Shown piece by piece: positions 12,401 through 27,400 of a stretch of 64,000 bases of DNA; position 1 is the first letter of the stretch; each line of letters opens with the position of its first letter. The DNA is from Botryllus schlosseri. Taxonomy: Eukaryota. The DNA is taken from NCBI GenBank assembly GCA_051294905.1, contig CM119371.1, positions 25,794,001-25,858,000 on the forward strand, given 5' to 3'. The translations under genes were made by a program, and so were the position numbers. Below the pieces are notes generated by a model. It saw nothing but the letters and a program-made list of their open reading frames with translations, was not told the DNA's origin and made no database searches.

Positions 12401-15400
12401 ACGCCCAGCGATTGTTCAGAACAATGCCGATTCCCAAACTTTCACGACTATTTTGGGATGGTACCATTGCCTGGAAATATACTTTTATTGCGGAATCAGT
12501 GCGACACTAGCTTTCGATTAGGACCATACATATCAAATTTCGACGCTTAGATCGCCAGCTATGGGACTATCAATTCTGCTGCTTTTAGCCGGCTCAGCAG
12601 TTCGCTTCTCGGCGTATGCAATCGTGAGTCACGTGTTGCGAATCCATCCGTTGGTTAGTAATCTAAAAATTGTATACAATGGCAGCCGAGGCCAGCATAG
12701 CGGTAAAAAAAAAACTTCGCCCGCAAGGGCGCAGTCAAGGGCTTCCGCGAATGGATCCACCAAATTCCTTGTCGACATTTGAAGAGAATGCATTATAAGT
12801 CAATTATTTTATGTTGTGCTTGTCAGGTCTCAATAGCAATTTAATGTAATTGAAATTGTAATTGAGCAAAATTGTTGTCAAATACAATTACAATTACACA
12901 AAATAAAAATGCTTCAATTACAATTACATTACAATTACATTGAAAAATGTAATTAATTACATTCAATTACAATTACAAATTACAATTGATCCAACTCTGT
13001 TGGAGACTAAAAGATCAATGGTCGGTTGGGCCTTGCACTCTTTCAACAACCAACCGTATGTTCCATCGAATATATAGTGGTCTAAAATGGACTTCCGAAG
13101 CACGAGACTCGGGTTGTGGCTGGCGCATTGTACGGTTATTGGATTCGACGGTGTTATTGGTACGGTGTGATACTGAGGCGATGTTGCCACCAGAAGTGGA
13201 GCCAGTAACTATAGGCGTATCCGATTGTTTGCTTTTCCTTTCAGCAGGCTAGACATTGTTTGAACTCGCGCAACCTCGGCTTACCAAACTTCCCAGGCAA
13301 GAATTTATACTTCTTCATGACATTGCCACATCCGATACGTTTTATGACTTGAGAGAGATCGTGCGAAGGCGTGCCAGTTGAAGTGCTGGCTGCGACGCTA
13401 GCGTGATGCTGGTTTCTCATCGTGAAGGAGGTGGCTAAGAGAGCCATTTCCTTGTTTTCAATATTCTGGACAGTTTCGTCTAGCGATTTGGTATCGAGAT
13501 TTGCAACACTGAGGACTTGCTGCTGGACCTCATCATCGGCCAGGCCGGCGATGACAATATGCTTATCAGAAAAGTCGTTGACTTGGGTGCAGTCATGCTT
13601 AGTGCAATTCATTTGGAACGGGCAAATTCTTGCAGACGCTTTCACCTTGGCCAGAAATGCACTGAATGGTTGTCCTTGATACTGCTGGGTCGCAAATAGA
13701 GCAACGGTACGCATGTTTGTGGCGATTTTGTCAACTGCTAGTGATTCAATAGTTTTCAGCAAATCACCTTCACTGACCTGATTGAAGTCACCGCCTATGT
13801 TGAAGAGGTCCTTCGATAAAGATATCTGACAGCATTGCCACAAATGGCACTTGATTAGATTGTCGGCCGTCTCGGTCCCTTTTCTAAAAATCGTCCCATT
13901 TTCTGAGGAATATTTTCCATTCCTCGGCAGTGAATCCACACGAAATGGCAGGTCGTTCCATGGCAGGGGGTCTCGAACGCGAGACAGAAGGTCCTGTTAT
14001 GTGACCTGTAGCATGGATTGTGAGCTGCACGGCGGCGCCCGCCGCGTCTTTGGCTTCACTCTCATAATCGCAGTCTTGTAGTGGGCATGAAAGCTTCGGC
14101 ATTGTTATTCCCTATTAAGTTTGATCATTTGCAACTTTGTATTTATTCATAGGTTAATTATCGTGATAAATGATCAATCTGAAATACCAAAAAAAAAGTT
14201 GCACGGACTAGCCTAATTCCTATCACTCTAACAACTTACAGGACGTGGGCGCTAAAGGCTAATACATACATGAACGCACGTCGCACAATTATGGCGTTTC
14301 CATGCACGGCCGCTGGGCCCATTTCCGAGAGACTCAGCCGACGAACGAGAGAATTTTGTTTCGCAAGCACACCCACGTCGGCCCACTCGTCGGCCATCGA
14401 GTGAATACTTCGGCTTGGCCGTTCGGCCATGCTTGCGCTGTGTCGTCGATTAGCTAAGTTGCTACTTACAATACACTTTTAGTGTCAAATTAACCATGGC
14501 TGCACTCCGGATGGATCTTGGACGCATTGAGAAACCAGGAATATAATTACGATTGCGACGGACGTTAGTCGTGTAGTACGCATATAGCTACGAATTACCC
14601 GTCGGCTACCGACAAGACAGCGTAATGGTTAAGCGTCCGGCTTCTTGATCGGTAGGTCGTGGGTTCGATCCCCGGCCGGGTCAGACCAAAGTCCTGATTA
14701 GTAAAACTGGTATCCATGGCTTCCCTGCTTGGCGCTCATGCATTACTGGGATAGCATGGAGGGGTGGTGCATGAGTCAGAAAGCCGTAAAGGCTATATCT
14801 GCACTTATGTCCAGCGGCATATGCACATCATGCACTCATGATATGCATATGCGCAGATCGTGTGTATGTGTATCATGAGTCGGTGTATATGCCGCAAAAA
14901 CATCAAGGACAAAAAGAAACTACGTCCTCGTCCGAATATAAAAAAATACCGGCCGATGGGTAGACATGACCACCGTCTTACGAGAATGAATCTTCTTCGC
15001 AATCTACTTACATACAATGCTGCCACAATTCGAGGATTTGTGTTCTGGTGCATGGATACAATACAAAATACCGTTTGACCACAAACTTGGTGAACTTATT
15101 CACATTCCCCTGGTAAGCAAATCATCAACGGGACACTCGAAGTTCATGCCTGAATCACGACGACGAAACAGTAGTACCGGTAGACTACTGGACAAGTTAC
15201 TATTCTGCGCTCGAAATTATCGGACCACGATATCCCATATCTATATCCCCCCATACTAAGATATGCCTCCTAATTTTCATTTTTTTTTTCATCTTATTTT
15301 ATCTTCTGTTAGTTTTAAGCAAGTGGTTCATCATGACCATTTTACATGTTGGATGGATTTAGGCCTTCGTGCTCAATGTCAAAGCGGGTTGTTTGATTAA

Positions 15401-18400
15401 ATGACCGCTACAAGTCATCTGGGCTCATTCCTACCGAGTCATTTATCGCAATGTTGTGATTATTATGAAATTATTACTGAGTAAGCCAAAAACGTCATCG
15501 CGATCGCTTCGCCCACCTAGTTCGGCCAAGTCACGGTCGGATTACGCCTGGTCATGGAAACACGGCCGACATGTACAACGCATGCGACATAGCCTTTCGG
15601 CCGTCCGTCGGCCGTGCATGGAAACGAAGTAAATGACAACAACAAGACTAGATCGCTTTTGCGTTCAAGGAAACTATTAGAGAGGGAGAGGAGATGTAGT
15701 AGTAAGTGATAATCACACAATGAGAGATAGTTGAAGAAAATAATTATTGTTTTCCCCGGTCTCGCAGATTCAAAATCCGTTCACAAAAAAGGGGTTTTCA
15801 ACTTTTTCTCAATGTTTGCACCAGGGCTGTGGAGTCGGTGGAGTCGAAGTCGGGGTAATTTTCGCTTGATGGAGTCGGAGTCGTGAAAACTATAATAGCT
15901 GGAGTCGGAGTCGGTGGGAAAATAATGACTGGAGTCGGAGTCGGAGTTTGTGAGAATGACTATGACTTCGACTCCGACTCCGACTCCAACTTCTCTATCA
16001 TGAAAACATTTTCTTACAAAGAATTTTCAATAGAATTTATATGTACCACCAATCACTGTTATTATTAACCATACAGATCAGGTGCGGCCAGCCCGTGGCA
16101 CGCAGGCCAAATTTGGCACACGTGAAGGTTAGGTGTGGCTTGCGAAGTAATTCTCGAAATTATTTATGACATGCAGGTACAATTGCAAGGCCAACCAAAA
16201 TTTGATTAGCATGACCGCGAAATTTGATGATGACTAAAACAACAGTTCTGACGCATTGACGTATCCAGGGGTCAGCCACATTTATCCCAGATCTTCGTAT
16301 ATGACCATGAAGTAGAATATTTCATAGTAGATTTATTTGACTTGAAATTTTTCTCGGTCCTTCGTATGATTCATTGTCACTAGATTTCTTGCATTCAGTA
16401 TTTGAGCCCCCTCCTGAAAAATTGTAAATACATATTATTCACAGAATTGAGTTTAACTATATTCGCAATTAGGAGATACGGCTTCGCTTGTGCACTCGCA
16501 GCGAGATCGTCGACAAAACATTTGCACATAATGATAGATGCATGTTCATTGATACCGTCGATCATGCTATGTCTAAACGTCGAATAATCCTGTCCTTTTC
16601 AAATGAGCCTAGTGGTATACAGATGCGACCCCCAATGTATGTTAGCGACATATTTTTTGATATAGCTATAGCCTAATTCAATTGTTATTTTGCAAAAAAA
16701 ATTTCGCGATTCGCGCGACCAGGGCCTGGTGGAGCGCACTGCACACTTGCATGACATATTGTTATCAATTTTAGAGCGTATTAATATAAGTCTTGTTTGT
16801 AATGTTACCTAATTCGGTTCGCTTCTATCGGCGACTAAAAAAGGTTATCAACATTCCAGTTGCCCGCGCAATGGTTCGTAAATCTCAGGTGGCCCTTTCG
16901 CCGAAAAAGTTGCCCACCCCTGATATAGATAAAATTAGACATTACTTGCAAATTACAACTCATTTGCACATGGGAAGAAAATCGCAATATGCGTTTTCGC
17001 GATGCAGTCAAAATTGATGCAATTTTTGGAATTATACCATGATACTGTGACAGAGAAAATGCATCAGCTGGTTTTGTAAAATTGTAAAAATGATGTAAAT
17101 ATGACCAAACGATGCTTCCCACTTGACAAAATTAAAAATATTTGTAGTGTAGCTTAGCTGTTTGGGTCGAACAAATGATTAAGAAAGACTGCAAGTCACG
17201 AGACATGATCTTTGACTACTTAACTAAATTCCATTTATGACCAATGTCTATTTATTAGTAGTAAGGGTGTTTGTGCTTGTAATCAGGATAGTGTGGAATG
17301 ACAAAATTAGTAAGTTCAATTTCTTTATTAGTTGCTGAGTCATACACAAGAGCTACACTTGGATTTTTTATCTACATTTTTATTTTACAGGATTGGATAT
17401 CTGCCATATTTGAATGAATCATACATTTCAGGATATTAGAGAGTCCATGTTATATAAATTTGAATAAGGAAGGATATTTAGCAAATCTTTATTTCTTGTT
17501 AATTGCATAGTGGAAAATTCGAGCTGTGCCACAATGCCACAGTTAATCATATGTTTGCATAATGCATATGTTTAATGGTTGTATGATAGTCATTCAACCG
17601 ACAATGTGGCATATAATTTTCGAAGTAAATTGATAATAATGCTGGAGTCGGAGTCGGGAGTCGGAGTCGGTACGTTTAAAGACTCAGGAGTCGGAGTCGG
17701 TATATTGAAAATGTGTGGAGTCGGAGTCGGAGCCGGAGTCGGTGGTAAAATTTACCGACTCCACAGCCCTGGTTTGCACCCACATGCCGACATTCCCTCT
17801 TCATATTATTATGAGTATTAAAATACCAACTTTTACTGATGGGGAAATTTTGAACATAACTTGGAAGGTTTCTGACGTGACATCGCGTCCAAAGTCTACC
17901 TTCTACATATGATAATAAGTACTAATATTTAACGTTTTGTCACAATGCTGAAAGTGTTGCACAAAATTATTTAAAATTATGCTAAAAATCTACAGATCTA
18001 TGATATGTGAAAACTACGCAGAATATGACGAAATCGGTCTGGAAAATCTGGCGGCATATGACAGTATGATAAATTTAGCTAAAATCGTGTTAGTGTTTTA
18101 AACACGCATATCAGTTGTAATATCAGAAAGACAGAGACAGATTTCTCATTAAAAATAATGTAACTTTTCTTCGTTATTGGCGTTATTGCATTCGGGAATA
18201 ATTTTCAGATTAGCAATTTACCTGTCTCATTTTTTATTTATTTTACGTTTTAGTGATACGTATGCTGAAAGATATTCAAAACCACTGCATGTCACAGTAT
18301 CGCTCTCTCTATCTCACACATCATTTTAAACCATCGTCTACATCTAATGTGCGGTAACATACAAATAGAAAGAACAGCTTTACTTGAAAAAAATATAACT

Positions 18401-21400
18401 TCCCATGAGGTCAAAAACGGAACATATTATACGTTATTTCGGGTTTTCCATTTTGTGGAAAACGATTTTTTGTATTAATCCTGCACGAACCATATTTGAC
18501 GAATACGTTATAGTTCGTGCTTATCGAAATGTCCGTATTTAGAAGAGCTAGCCATATACTAACACTGTATCACCAAAATACCCTATAATCTCAGAATGGT
18601 CCTATATATTCACTAGCTATACACCTACTAACACGACCAGTGACCACTTCGAGTTGCTTGAACGCCATCAGATAAAAGAACAGATTTAATAACACGTATG
18701 TGTGTATGTGTGGTATCAAATATCACTTCTTATAGTCGACTATGCAAATTATAATTGAAATCATGGAGCAAATGTTTTCGTTGGGAAAAATATTGGTTTT
18801 ATCGTGACGACCGCAAAAATAGGCATCGGATCCATACAGCATGATGGTATATTTCAGTATTCGGGTGTATGTAATCCAGGGGTTACAAACTTTTCGGTGC
18901 GCGGGCCGGATTCAAACATGTTGATTAATCGTGTGTCGGACTAGTCAAAGGATTCCGAAATGTTACCCCAAAATCCATACCCGAAGAGATTTAACTATAT
19001 AACCCGAACCATTGAATTTAAATATTTTTAAATCACCATTCGGGATTCTCTTCGCACCGGGGTTCTGGGCCTTGTGTATGTAAGGGCAGCTGCGATCACA
19101 TTTGTTGGAGTTCTATTATTCGTGTAACTACATTAGTCTCCGTGTACGATGTAGCTAACTTGCAACGGTATTGCTTTGGTGTTTTCGCCTCTGTGAATAA
19201 TCAGTTTGGCCCATTTGTCCGGAAACCACTGTACTGAGTGTGCGCTTATTTGCTCTATCGAAATATTGTGTCAATTTCAACGACTTGTTCGTATTGGTGA
19301 CTTGAGTTAAACAAAAAAGTGCCGTGGAATGGTTATAATGTTGCTATGACCATGTACGACATCTGCTCTCTTTGTAACGTCAAAATATTTCTTACTCAAA
19401 ATGTCAACTTTTGTTGGAAGTGCGGGATATTACAAGGGTTTTGCCAGTTACTCAGAATTGCTTCGCAGGCCGGATGAAAGCGCCTGGCGGGCCGCAGACC
19501 TTCTGATACCCCTGATGTAATCGGTACCTGCATTCCTTTCTGCCGTTGCAGAACTCTTTAGCACGAATACACCTCCTCGAAGGGTCGCGACATTCGAATT
19601 CCGAAGCGGAACAATTAATCTCTGAAATGAACCATGTAATTAAACCATTCCGTGTGATTATATAATGTATTGCCTCATCGCCGATCTCGCTGTTAACGCA
19701 GCGACTTAGTTAGCCGAGCTCCAAAGTCGGCAGCAGAGACCCGAGATCGTATGTAAGAAATCGAGAATGAATGAAAGTGTGGGAGTGCGCGAGCACGACA
19801 AGTCGTATTCAAGAGCAAAAGAGAAGATACTCAACTGTACCAAATGCATTGCCATGGCGCACAAAGGCATGAACAGGCGATAAGCGCCAATGTTGTTGTG
19901 TGTGATAATAACAATAATATATACCAGTTATAACTGACCGTGAAATCAGGAGCGACCGCCCAGATATGATAATTAAACTAAAAAATAAAAGAGAAGGCTT
20001 ATTCATTGAACTGGCCGTCCCAGCTGATAATAACATATTACAAAAGGAATCAGAAAAACAATCGAAATACGCAGAGCTCAAAATGGAATGTGAGAAAATG
20101 TGGCGATGCAAAATGAACATTAGGGATGGTGGGAACCAATGATGAGCATCGGAGCGGAGTCGGAGTGGATTCGGAGCGGAGTTTTGCCGATTTTGTGGCA
20201 GTCGGAGTTTACTACAGATATTTTTTCGGAGAATTTCGGAGTATTGTAACTTTTGTCCCCGATATCTTTGGATAGCTCTGACCAGAACACACTATTGATT
20301 ATGATTACAAACCAAAACACAGACAGTTGACACCTTGTAAAGTTGTAATATGACGGGTAACATGCAAAAATGATTGCCAAGTGCATAAATATCAGCCATC
20401 TGCACTGCAATTGGAGACTTGAGAGTAAACAATACTATGAGGCGAACACATGTACCGTGTTCTACCATGTGTGCCATGTACCATGCTTGCCACTGTTTCG
20501 GATGCTTGACAAGATTCATCGGAGTATTTCGGAGTCTGGGATTGAGCTCTTCGGAGTCGGAGGGAGTTTTCCTCGGGCACTAAAGTTGTCGGAGGGATTC
20601 GGAGTATCGAAAAGCACTATCCGCTCATCACTGGTGTGAACGTGAGGTTCACGTTCGCGTTCTGTGTGTGAACCTCGGAAATTTAGAGGTTCGCGTTCAC
20701 AACAAAACCTTGGTAGGTTCTACACTGTGAACCATTTTCATATATTACAATTTTCACTTCATTACAACATCTTTAGTTCATATTTATTGTATTTTCAACT
20801 GCGTGCCACTCTATACACGGCGCTGGCAGCATTAAAAATCAACACTTAACGAGCATGCACCTTGACAATCTCAAATGTTTTACTTGCTTTGTTACAAAAG
20901 TTTTCTCGAAATATCCAGGTTTCCGTTGGTGAATATTTAGTGACTCTCTGTTGTGAGTTTGAGCCGCATTCAAAAACATCACGAGCAATATACGTAGTCA
21001 GCGAATGATGCTTATTCAACCAATCAATGAAATTGATATCGTTTTCTGATGAAAAAAATGTAGCAGGCGTACGGGGTCAATCTTGACTTCATATCTTGAC
21101 TGCATCAATAAACCAAATCCATGCGATTGAGGGGTTGGCCACTGCTGTATAGTGTATAACTTGTTAATGGGGTAATATTTGTAGCGAGTTTAGAAACCTG
21201 TTTTACACTCAGCTCAATATCAATGTAGCGATACTCAGACGCCGAATACATTGTCCGGTCTGGTCTCGACCGTTAGGCCTAAGTTTATCTTCCCTGGTAA
21301 GTCCTCGTCAGAATTGTTGGCAAAGCGACGGAAGATATTGATTTTATGGGAGTATTATATCCTTTAATTGCCTCAGTTGATACATTTACGGTATAAAGTT

Positions 21401-24400
21401 AGTGTTAATCTCATGATTTAACAAACTGGAACAATGTAGATTTCTAGTTATCTATAGAAACTGCGTACCATCCCTACGTCTAATTCAGGGGTCGCCAACT
21501 CAAAATAGGTCGCGGGCCACTTTTCCAAATTCCTGGAGGCCGCGGGCCACATGACATCAATATCGATATAAAAGTAGGCAACGCAGTTCAACAACCACGT
21601 CTGATAACTCTACGTTATTACAACGCTGTGCTTTCTAACATAGGCGACGGTTATAGTCACCACAAAAGAACTAATATTTTACTGAACAAATACAAATACA
21701 ACAAAAAGTATCATGATCATCAATGTCATTATATTTTGGACTATGAGCTGTACACGATACCTGACAATGACAACACTCTTTAGCCGCTAAAACAGGGGTG
21801 GCCAACATTTTTGTAATTCACGGCCGCATTTCGCGTACTCATGTAGCCTGCGGCCGCATACCGGTGGTTAGTCGTGATAAACTAGCTGGGGCCAAATACC
21901 CACGTTACCATGTCCATGTCCATTGCCGGTACACTCCGAACCAATCTATATGCACATATCGGCTTACTATGCGCACCAAATCGTTAGTAGTTATGTTGTA
22001 AATAGCCACAGAGAACCAATCTGTAGTCGCGCGAAGCGCGAAAAATTTTTCATGTTCATGAGTGAATTTCGTCAATAAATATTAGTATAGTTTCACATAT
22101 TACTATAAAATATTTATCCTTTCTCGGCCAATGTGATCAGATTCCCAGATACAGCTGATGCAGGGGGTATCTGCGAAAACTTAGGGTTGTTATTACAAGT
22201 GTCGACAGCCGCATAGTTTTCCTTCTACTGCTGCAGATTGGCCACCCATGGATTGAAGAACCAATATTGGGGTTAGCTATACACGGTAGGCCTACTTGCT
22301 AGACAACTATCTCCTCGTAAAGCATGGTCTTTTGGAGCGCCCGAAGTCGTTTTGCAGGCGTCTCGGTCTTGGCAGTGGTGGGCCATTGCACGTCAATGCA
22401 ATATGCCCATTCGTACCAGCAAATTCTTCATCCATGGAATGATATTACCATGCCGAAACCGTATCAACTAGTGAGTAATAGTGATAGTGGGCACATAGAA
22501 TGGCTCACTTTGAAAAACAACAACATTATGTTTCAACTGAAATCAATTTTAGCGTTTCAACATGATTTACTAAACGTTTTTCTGAATTTTTTTCAAATCA
22601 GGTCGCGTGTTGGAGACCCCTGGTCTAATTATTCCGGATAATGACCGTGCCGATTGTCTCCTAGGTTATGGCTTCACTAAACAATTAACGAATTATGTAT
22701 TCCCACCCGTCATTGCAAAGCGATATTCGTTTCTTAGCGGTACCATACGAATTGGACATGACTTTCATTTCGCGATGATGATAATTCTACCTGTTACAAT
22801 GACAGTATCGTCATTAGCAGGCGGCTGCTTCATTATGGAGATTGCGGAGATTGATTCATTCACCAACTAGCAGCCTATGTATAACGCATTTTCGCATTTT
22901 GATTCAACAGATACACTTGATTGAAAACTCGGGACACCGCGACTAACCATCGCGCGTAACCTCTCCAACTTCATGCGTCACGATTAGCAGTATTTAATCA
23001 CACGATTAGCATTCTTTCGGATCAGCTAACTTTATTATCTCCACCCTCAGCGACGTTTAAAACACCAATATGTACTTCGGAAATGTGGCATTATGTGGCC
23101 CGAGTCGTCGGTAGGTATCGTGTATATTAATATAGGCTATCACATCATTGAAAGATAGGGTTGGAATTAGCAATATGACGTCGACGTCACGTGACGTCAT
23201 GAGGTTCACGTTCGTGTTCACACAGAACCTTTCAAAAAGGTTCGGGTTCACACGAACCTGAACCTTTCAGAGGTTCACACCATCCCTAATGAACATTGTA
23301 CCGATAGTAATTCTCGCTACAGGGATCATAAGCAAAAAACTCATGAGACAAATCCAACGGATTCCGGGTAACATTTGATCCGACATGATCCAAAAGATCA
23401 AGTTATTGGGCACTGTGCATATTCTTCGGAAGGTCTTGAATGCACCATTGAACTTGCGCGCATGAATCACAGCATAATTTCTGTAACTTTGATTCATCAT
23501 TTTCCTTCATTTCTACCTCTGCTCTGCAACCCTTGCCAATTCTTTACCTACCGCAATTTTGTAATCCGACCTCTGCATGTATTGCATTGGAATAACAATT
23601 TGACTGTATTACTGAAATTTTATAAATTTACCTCACATTCGCTATATTCCTTTGGGGACAGGTTGCTGCCCGGATTATGTGTGTATTTACCAGTATTACT
23701 GTCAATAAAGAATACAATCATAGCATAATGTATTAGTTGAAAATCACTGATGATCGATGCCTCGTCGTGAGATTGGACGGCACTCTGCAGAATTTTGGAA
23801 AACGTGAAATGTAACTCGTTATTTGGGTGTCGGAACTTGGAAACAGAATAAACAGTAATTTAATCGGCGGTGAATTTATCGGAAATTGCAATATGAATCT
23901 TCGTGACAAGCACAAAACGACTAATTATAATAAAATACAAGTGGTCAAGCTTAGCAAAACCATTCACCTCTAGATATCGATCAAGGCGAACATCCGTAAT
24001 ATATCTTTCAGCGTTGGACCAAGTCAGTACTTACGAGTCACAAGTTATACAATGGTTTTGTCATCGCCCATTAATCTCTACGACGGCTACGCATTAGTTT
24101 AGCATTGCGAAGATATCATAATATTTTACAAAATTAAACAATTAGCTTTGCGTTGCTGATCAAATTAAATTATCTTGCAGAGCATAAGACATTCGTTTTC
24201 ATATGCCCCTTAATATGATTAATTACAGTGGTCAACACAATTTTTGTTGTCTTTGATCAGACAATTGATTTTGAATAACTTCTGGACGCAGCATTTATGA
24301 ATGGCTTCCGTTTTTCGCTATCACGTCAAGTTTTTGTGTTAGGCACCCACCACATTGCTTCGTAGGCCACATAAAAGTACTACATTAATATTTTGGGTTT

Positions 24401-27400
24401 ACTGTATAAAACGCTTTAAAAACCACCAGCAGCCGAAAGTAAATCAATAGACATCAAATAAACATTTACAATGCTTTATTCGGTCGATTCGAATTGATAT
24501 TGCTTCTGCAGGACAAATAAAGTGCGAGTTTCAAGGTCCCAATTTACCCTAATAACTAGGGCCATTTAAAGTCATTAAAGTCGTATTTTTTTCTCTGCAT
24601 CAGTAAGTCGTACAATCAATTTTAACGTAAAAACCGCATCCCTATGGGGTATATTATGAAAGTTATAAAGTCATATAAAGTCATATTTTCCTGGTTAGGT
24701 CATATTTGAGTTATAAAGTCATATTGTTGTATACTTTAAATAATAAGTGCCAATTGAAGCGGTGAAGCGATTAAGCACTAAGTAAGGCAAACTACAAGGT
24801 TAGCCTACATAACATTACAGTCACAGACCTATGAGGTCACACATTGCATTATGTGGTCAGATATTGCATCATGTTGCTACAAAATTTATTTTACTTCTGT
24901 GCACTGAAGTGGGGCGTCATTTGAAGTTCAGTCAGGGGGCAGGCAAGCTAAAAAGCTCAGTCTTGGTCTACTTATGTACAAATACATTACAACTAGCAGC
25001 GAACTGAAGAATATGACAGTTGAATATATACAGTTCACTTCAAGTTTATTCCTAAGAGACTTAGACACAAAGAGAATATCTGGTTCAGCATGCCAAAAGT
25101 GAGAGAATCTAATGCAGCGATAGTCAAAGCTATTGTAAATGAATTTAAGGACTTCAAAATCTCCCCTACAGAGAAAGTGTCCTGTCATATATGCAGTTGC
25201 ATTGTGAAGCATGAGAAACGTATTTTTGTTGAACAGCATCTTGCAACACTCAAGCATAAGATATGGATTGAAGCAAGAACGACCCCCTCTTCAGCTCTGC
25301 AACAAGCATTCTCTGCATCTGCTATGTTGTGTGTGTTTTACTCGTCAGTTCCATGAGTTGGTTACAGTTAAAATACACGATTTTCACATAAAGTCATATA
25401 AAGTCATATTTTCCAAAAAATAAAGTCATATTATTGATTTTTTAAGGTCATATAAAAATGGCCCTGCTAATAACCCATAATTTTGTGGGTTGTCTCGTTT
25501 GATACTGGAGCAATAGTCATCTAACATATGTAAGCTCCAATCTTCTCTGGTATCTTACCTCGAAGATCTTCAGATATTGTGGGACACTTTCCCCTTGCCC
25601 ATCGCTGACTATGCAATGTTTTCCGGGAAATTATTTCGATATTTTAGCTTTTGAACCACTTTAATATCAGTAATTGCTGCAAACACTTTTATTTGAGAAA
25701 AAAAGATGACTTGACCATGGTGTATAAATATATAGCCAAACGCATATAATATAATGCTAACTTACATCAGTCTCATTTTTCTGCATCGAAATGTGGGTAA
25801 AGTTGGTCAAATTGCAGGGCAAATGAGATACCCGACGTTAGAAGCGACATGATGGTAATCTGTAAGCGTCTCTACTTTGACGCAAAGTTATTTCTTTTGA
25901 ACATAACGATACATGTATCCAACGGAAGCCTCATCGTGTAAGAAGTTAGTGAATGCCGTTCGGTCTATGTTTCGTAAATCCAACCATCAGTTTATGTCAC
26001 GTGACATTAGTAGTGTTGTTGTTGCACGGCCCAATGCTAGTCTTTTCACGTGGCGAGGAGGCGTTCAGATACCCCTCCAACTTGAGTTGGAATTCTTGAG
26101 TCGACCCTGGTCGGATTGGAACCCGCAAAACATTGGTGTCGCAGCTGTGGAAAGTACCACAACCGCAACGCTATCTCGCCACTATTACTGAGTATCGTAA
26201 AACAATTATTGAGTCTGATGTTTCATTGACTGGTAAATTAAAAATAGAAATATTCACACAAATCTTTAAATATTAAGTTTTCAAGTGTTCGTATATAATC
26301 TGCAGTGCACATATACGGTTGATACTCCACAGCGGAGGTGTCAAACATGCGACCCGCGGGCCGCATCCGGCCCGCCAGACGATTTCAGCCGGTCCGCGAA
26401 GCGACTCCGAAAAATGGCTGTATTATGCAGCTCATTTCTGAAAAATGTTGAAATTACTTTCACTAAATAATCCCTCAAGACAGCCTATGTATGGTATGTT
26501 CATATGTTCATAAGCCACATTATAAGCATACACATCGGACAGAGTGGTGTTGTGGTTTCACTTTAATGCTAATCAGCAACTAATCGCTGCCATTGCCAGC
26601 TAATTCCGAGACGGTAAAATTGCACACTGAGCTCAGCGTTTTGTGGAAAAATCGACCTAAACGTAGTTAGTGACAAAAGTGAAAATCCAAGTTAGTATAT
26701 GCAGGCTACATGGAGAACATAATTGTTACAAAAAAAATATTTAAAATACCTCTGGTCCCACTTCATTTTCGCTAATGACAGCTCCTCGGCTTCCAGAAAA
26801 AACGAATCGCGATATGATAATAATAAATCAAATTTCATCGTCTGCGTTTTCAATTAAATATCGTGTATTCCTCACAACGCATACACACGACTATTGGTAG
26901 ATTATGACTGAAACAATGCCATTATAGCAATATGCCAACGTATACCATCGTCATAGTCACCGTTTTAGTAATTTATATAAATGTATTCAATCGAACAATT
27001 ATCGTCGTTTTGCCAATTCCATTAATTACGAATAAAGTTGAAAGAATAGACTCATAGGCTGTATAATTGAGTATTCAAGTGGGCAACACGCCTCACAGGC
27101 ATGGATTTTGAGACAACATTTTGGAATAATGTAACTGGTCCGGCCTTCGATCGATTTGAAGGTCTGAATCCGGCCCGTAACGCAACTTGAGTTTGACACC
27201 CCTGCTCCACAGTGTAAATTTGATGTACTTAATGCTAAACTCCAATGTATACAATTTTCAGACCTACCTGATCTGCACAGATACTTTCGTTTATGTTGGA
27301 GTTCAGGTGGAAGAATACATAGTCTGGAATTTCCCGACCGTCTTCTACACAGTGTGCTGTCATCTTCATTTAACGGATATGGCTCGTCAGATCCATCTCT

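Larger units (their letters stand above)
8205..15715 (-). mobile_element. Decayed Ty3/Gypsy LTR retrotransposon
   Basis: gag 14102-13241 (frameshift); protease AVSDTG at ~11350-11370; RT fragments 10490-11290 (DAWNGYHSL); integrase HHCC at ~9600-9760 and core at 8900-9600, so order PR-RT-INT. Two related LTRs in direct orientation; purine tract next to the 3' LTR. Many stops and frameshifts. Confidence 0.92.
14133..15715 (-). repeat. 5' LTR of the Gypsy element, split by a ~1.3 kb insertion
   Basis: The two halves match the 3' LTR contiguously (CGTCGCACAA | ATGACAACAACAA). Confidence 0.8.

Noticed and set aside
14615..14690. tRNA gene
   Set aside because: Has A and B boxes, but the stems are imperfect and it continues into a SINE-like body with no T-run terminator; treated as a SINE head.
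25560..25606. Strong donor GAG|GTAAGA preceded by SDGQGESVPQYLKIFE
   Set aside because: No cysteines, ends in phase 0 and lies between B5 and A6, where it cannot fit the frame.
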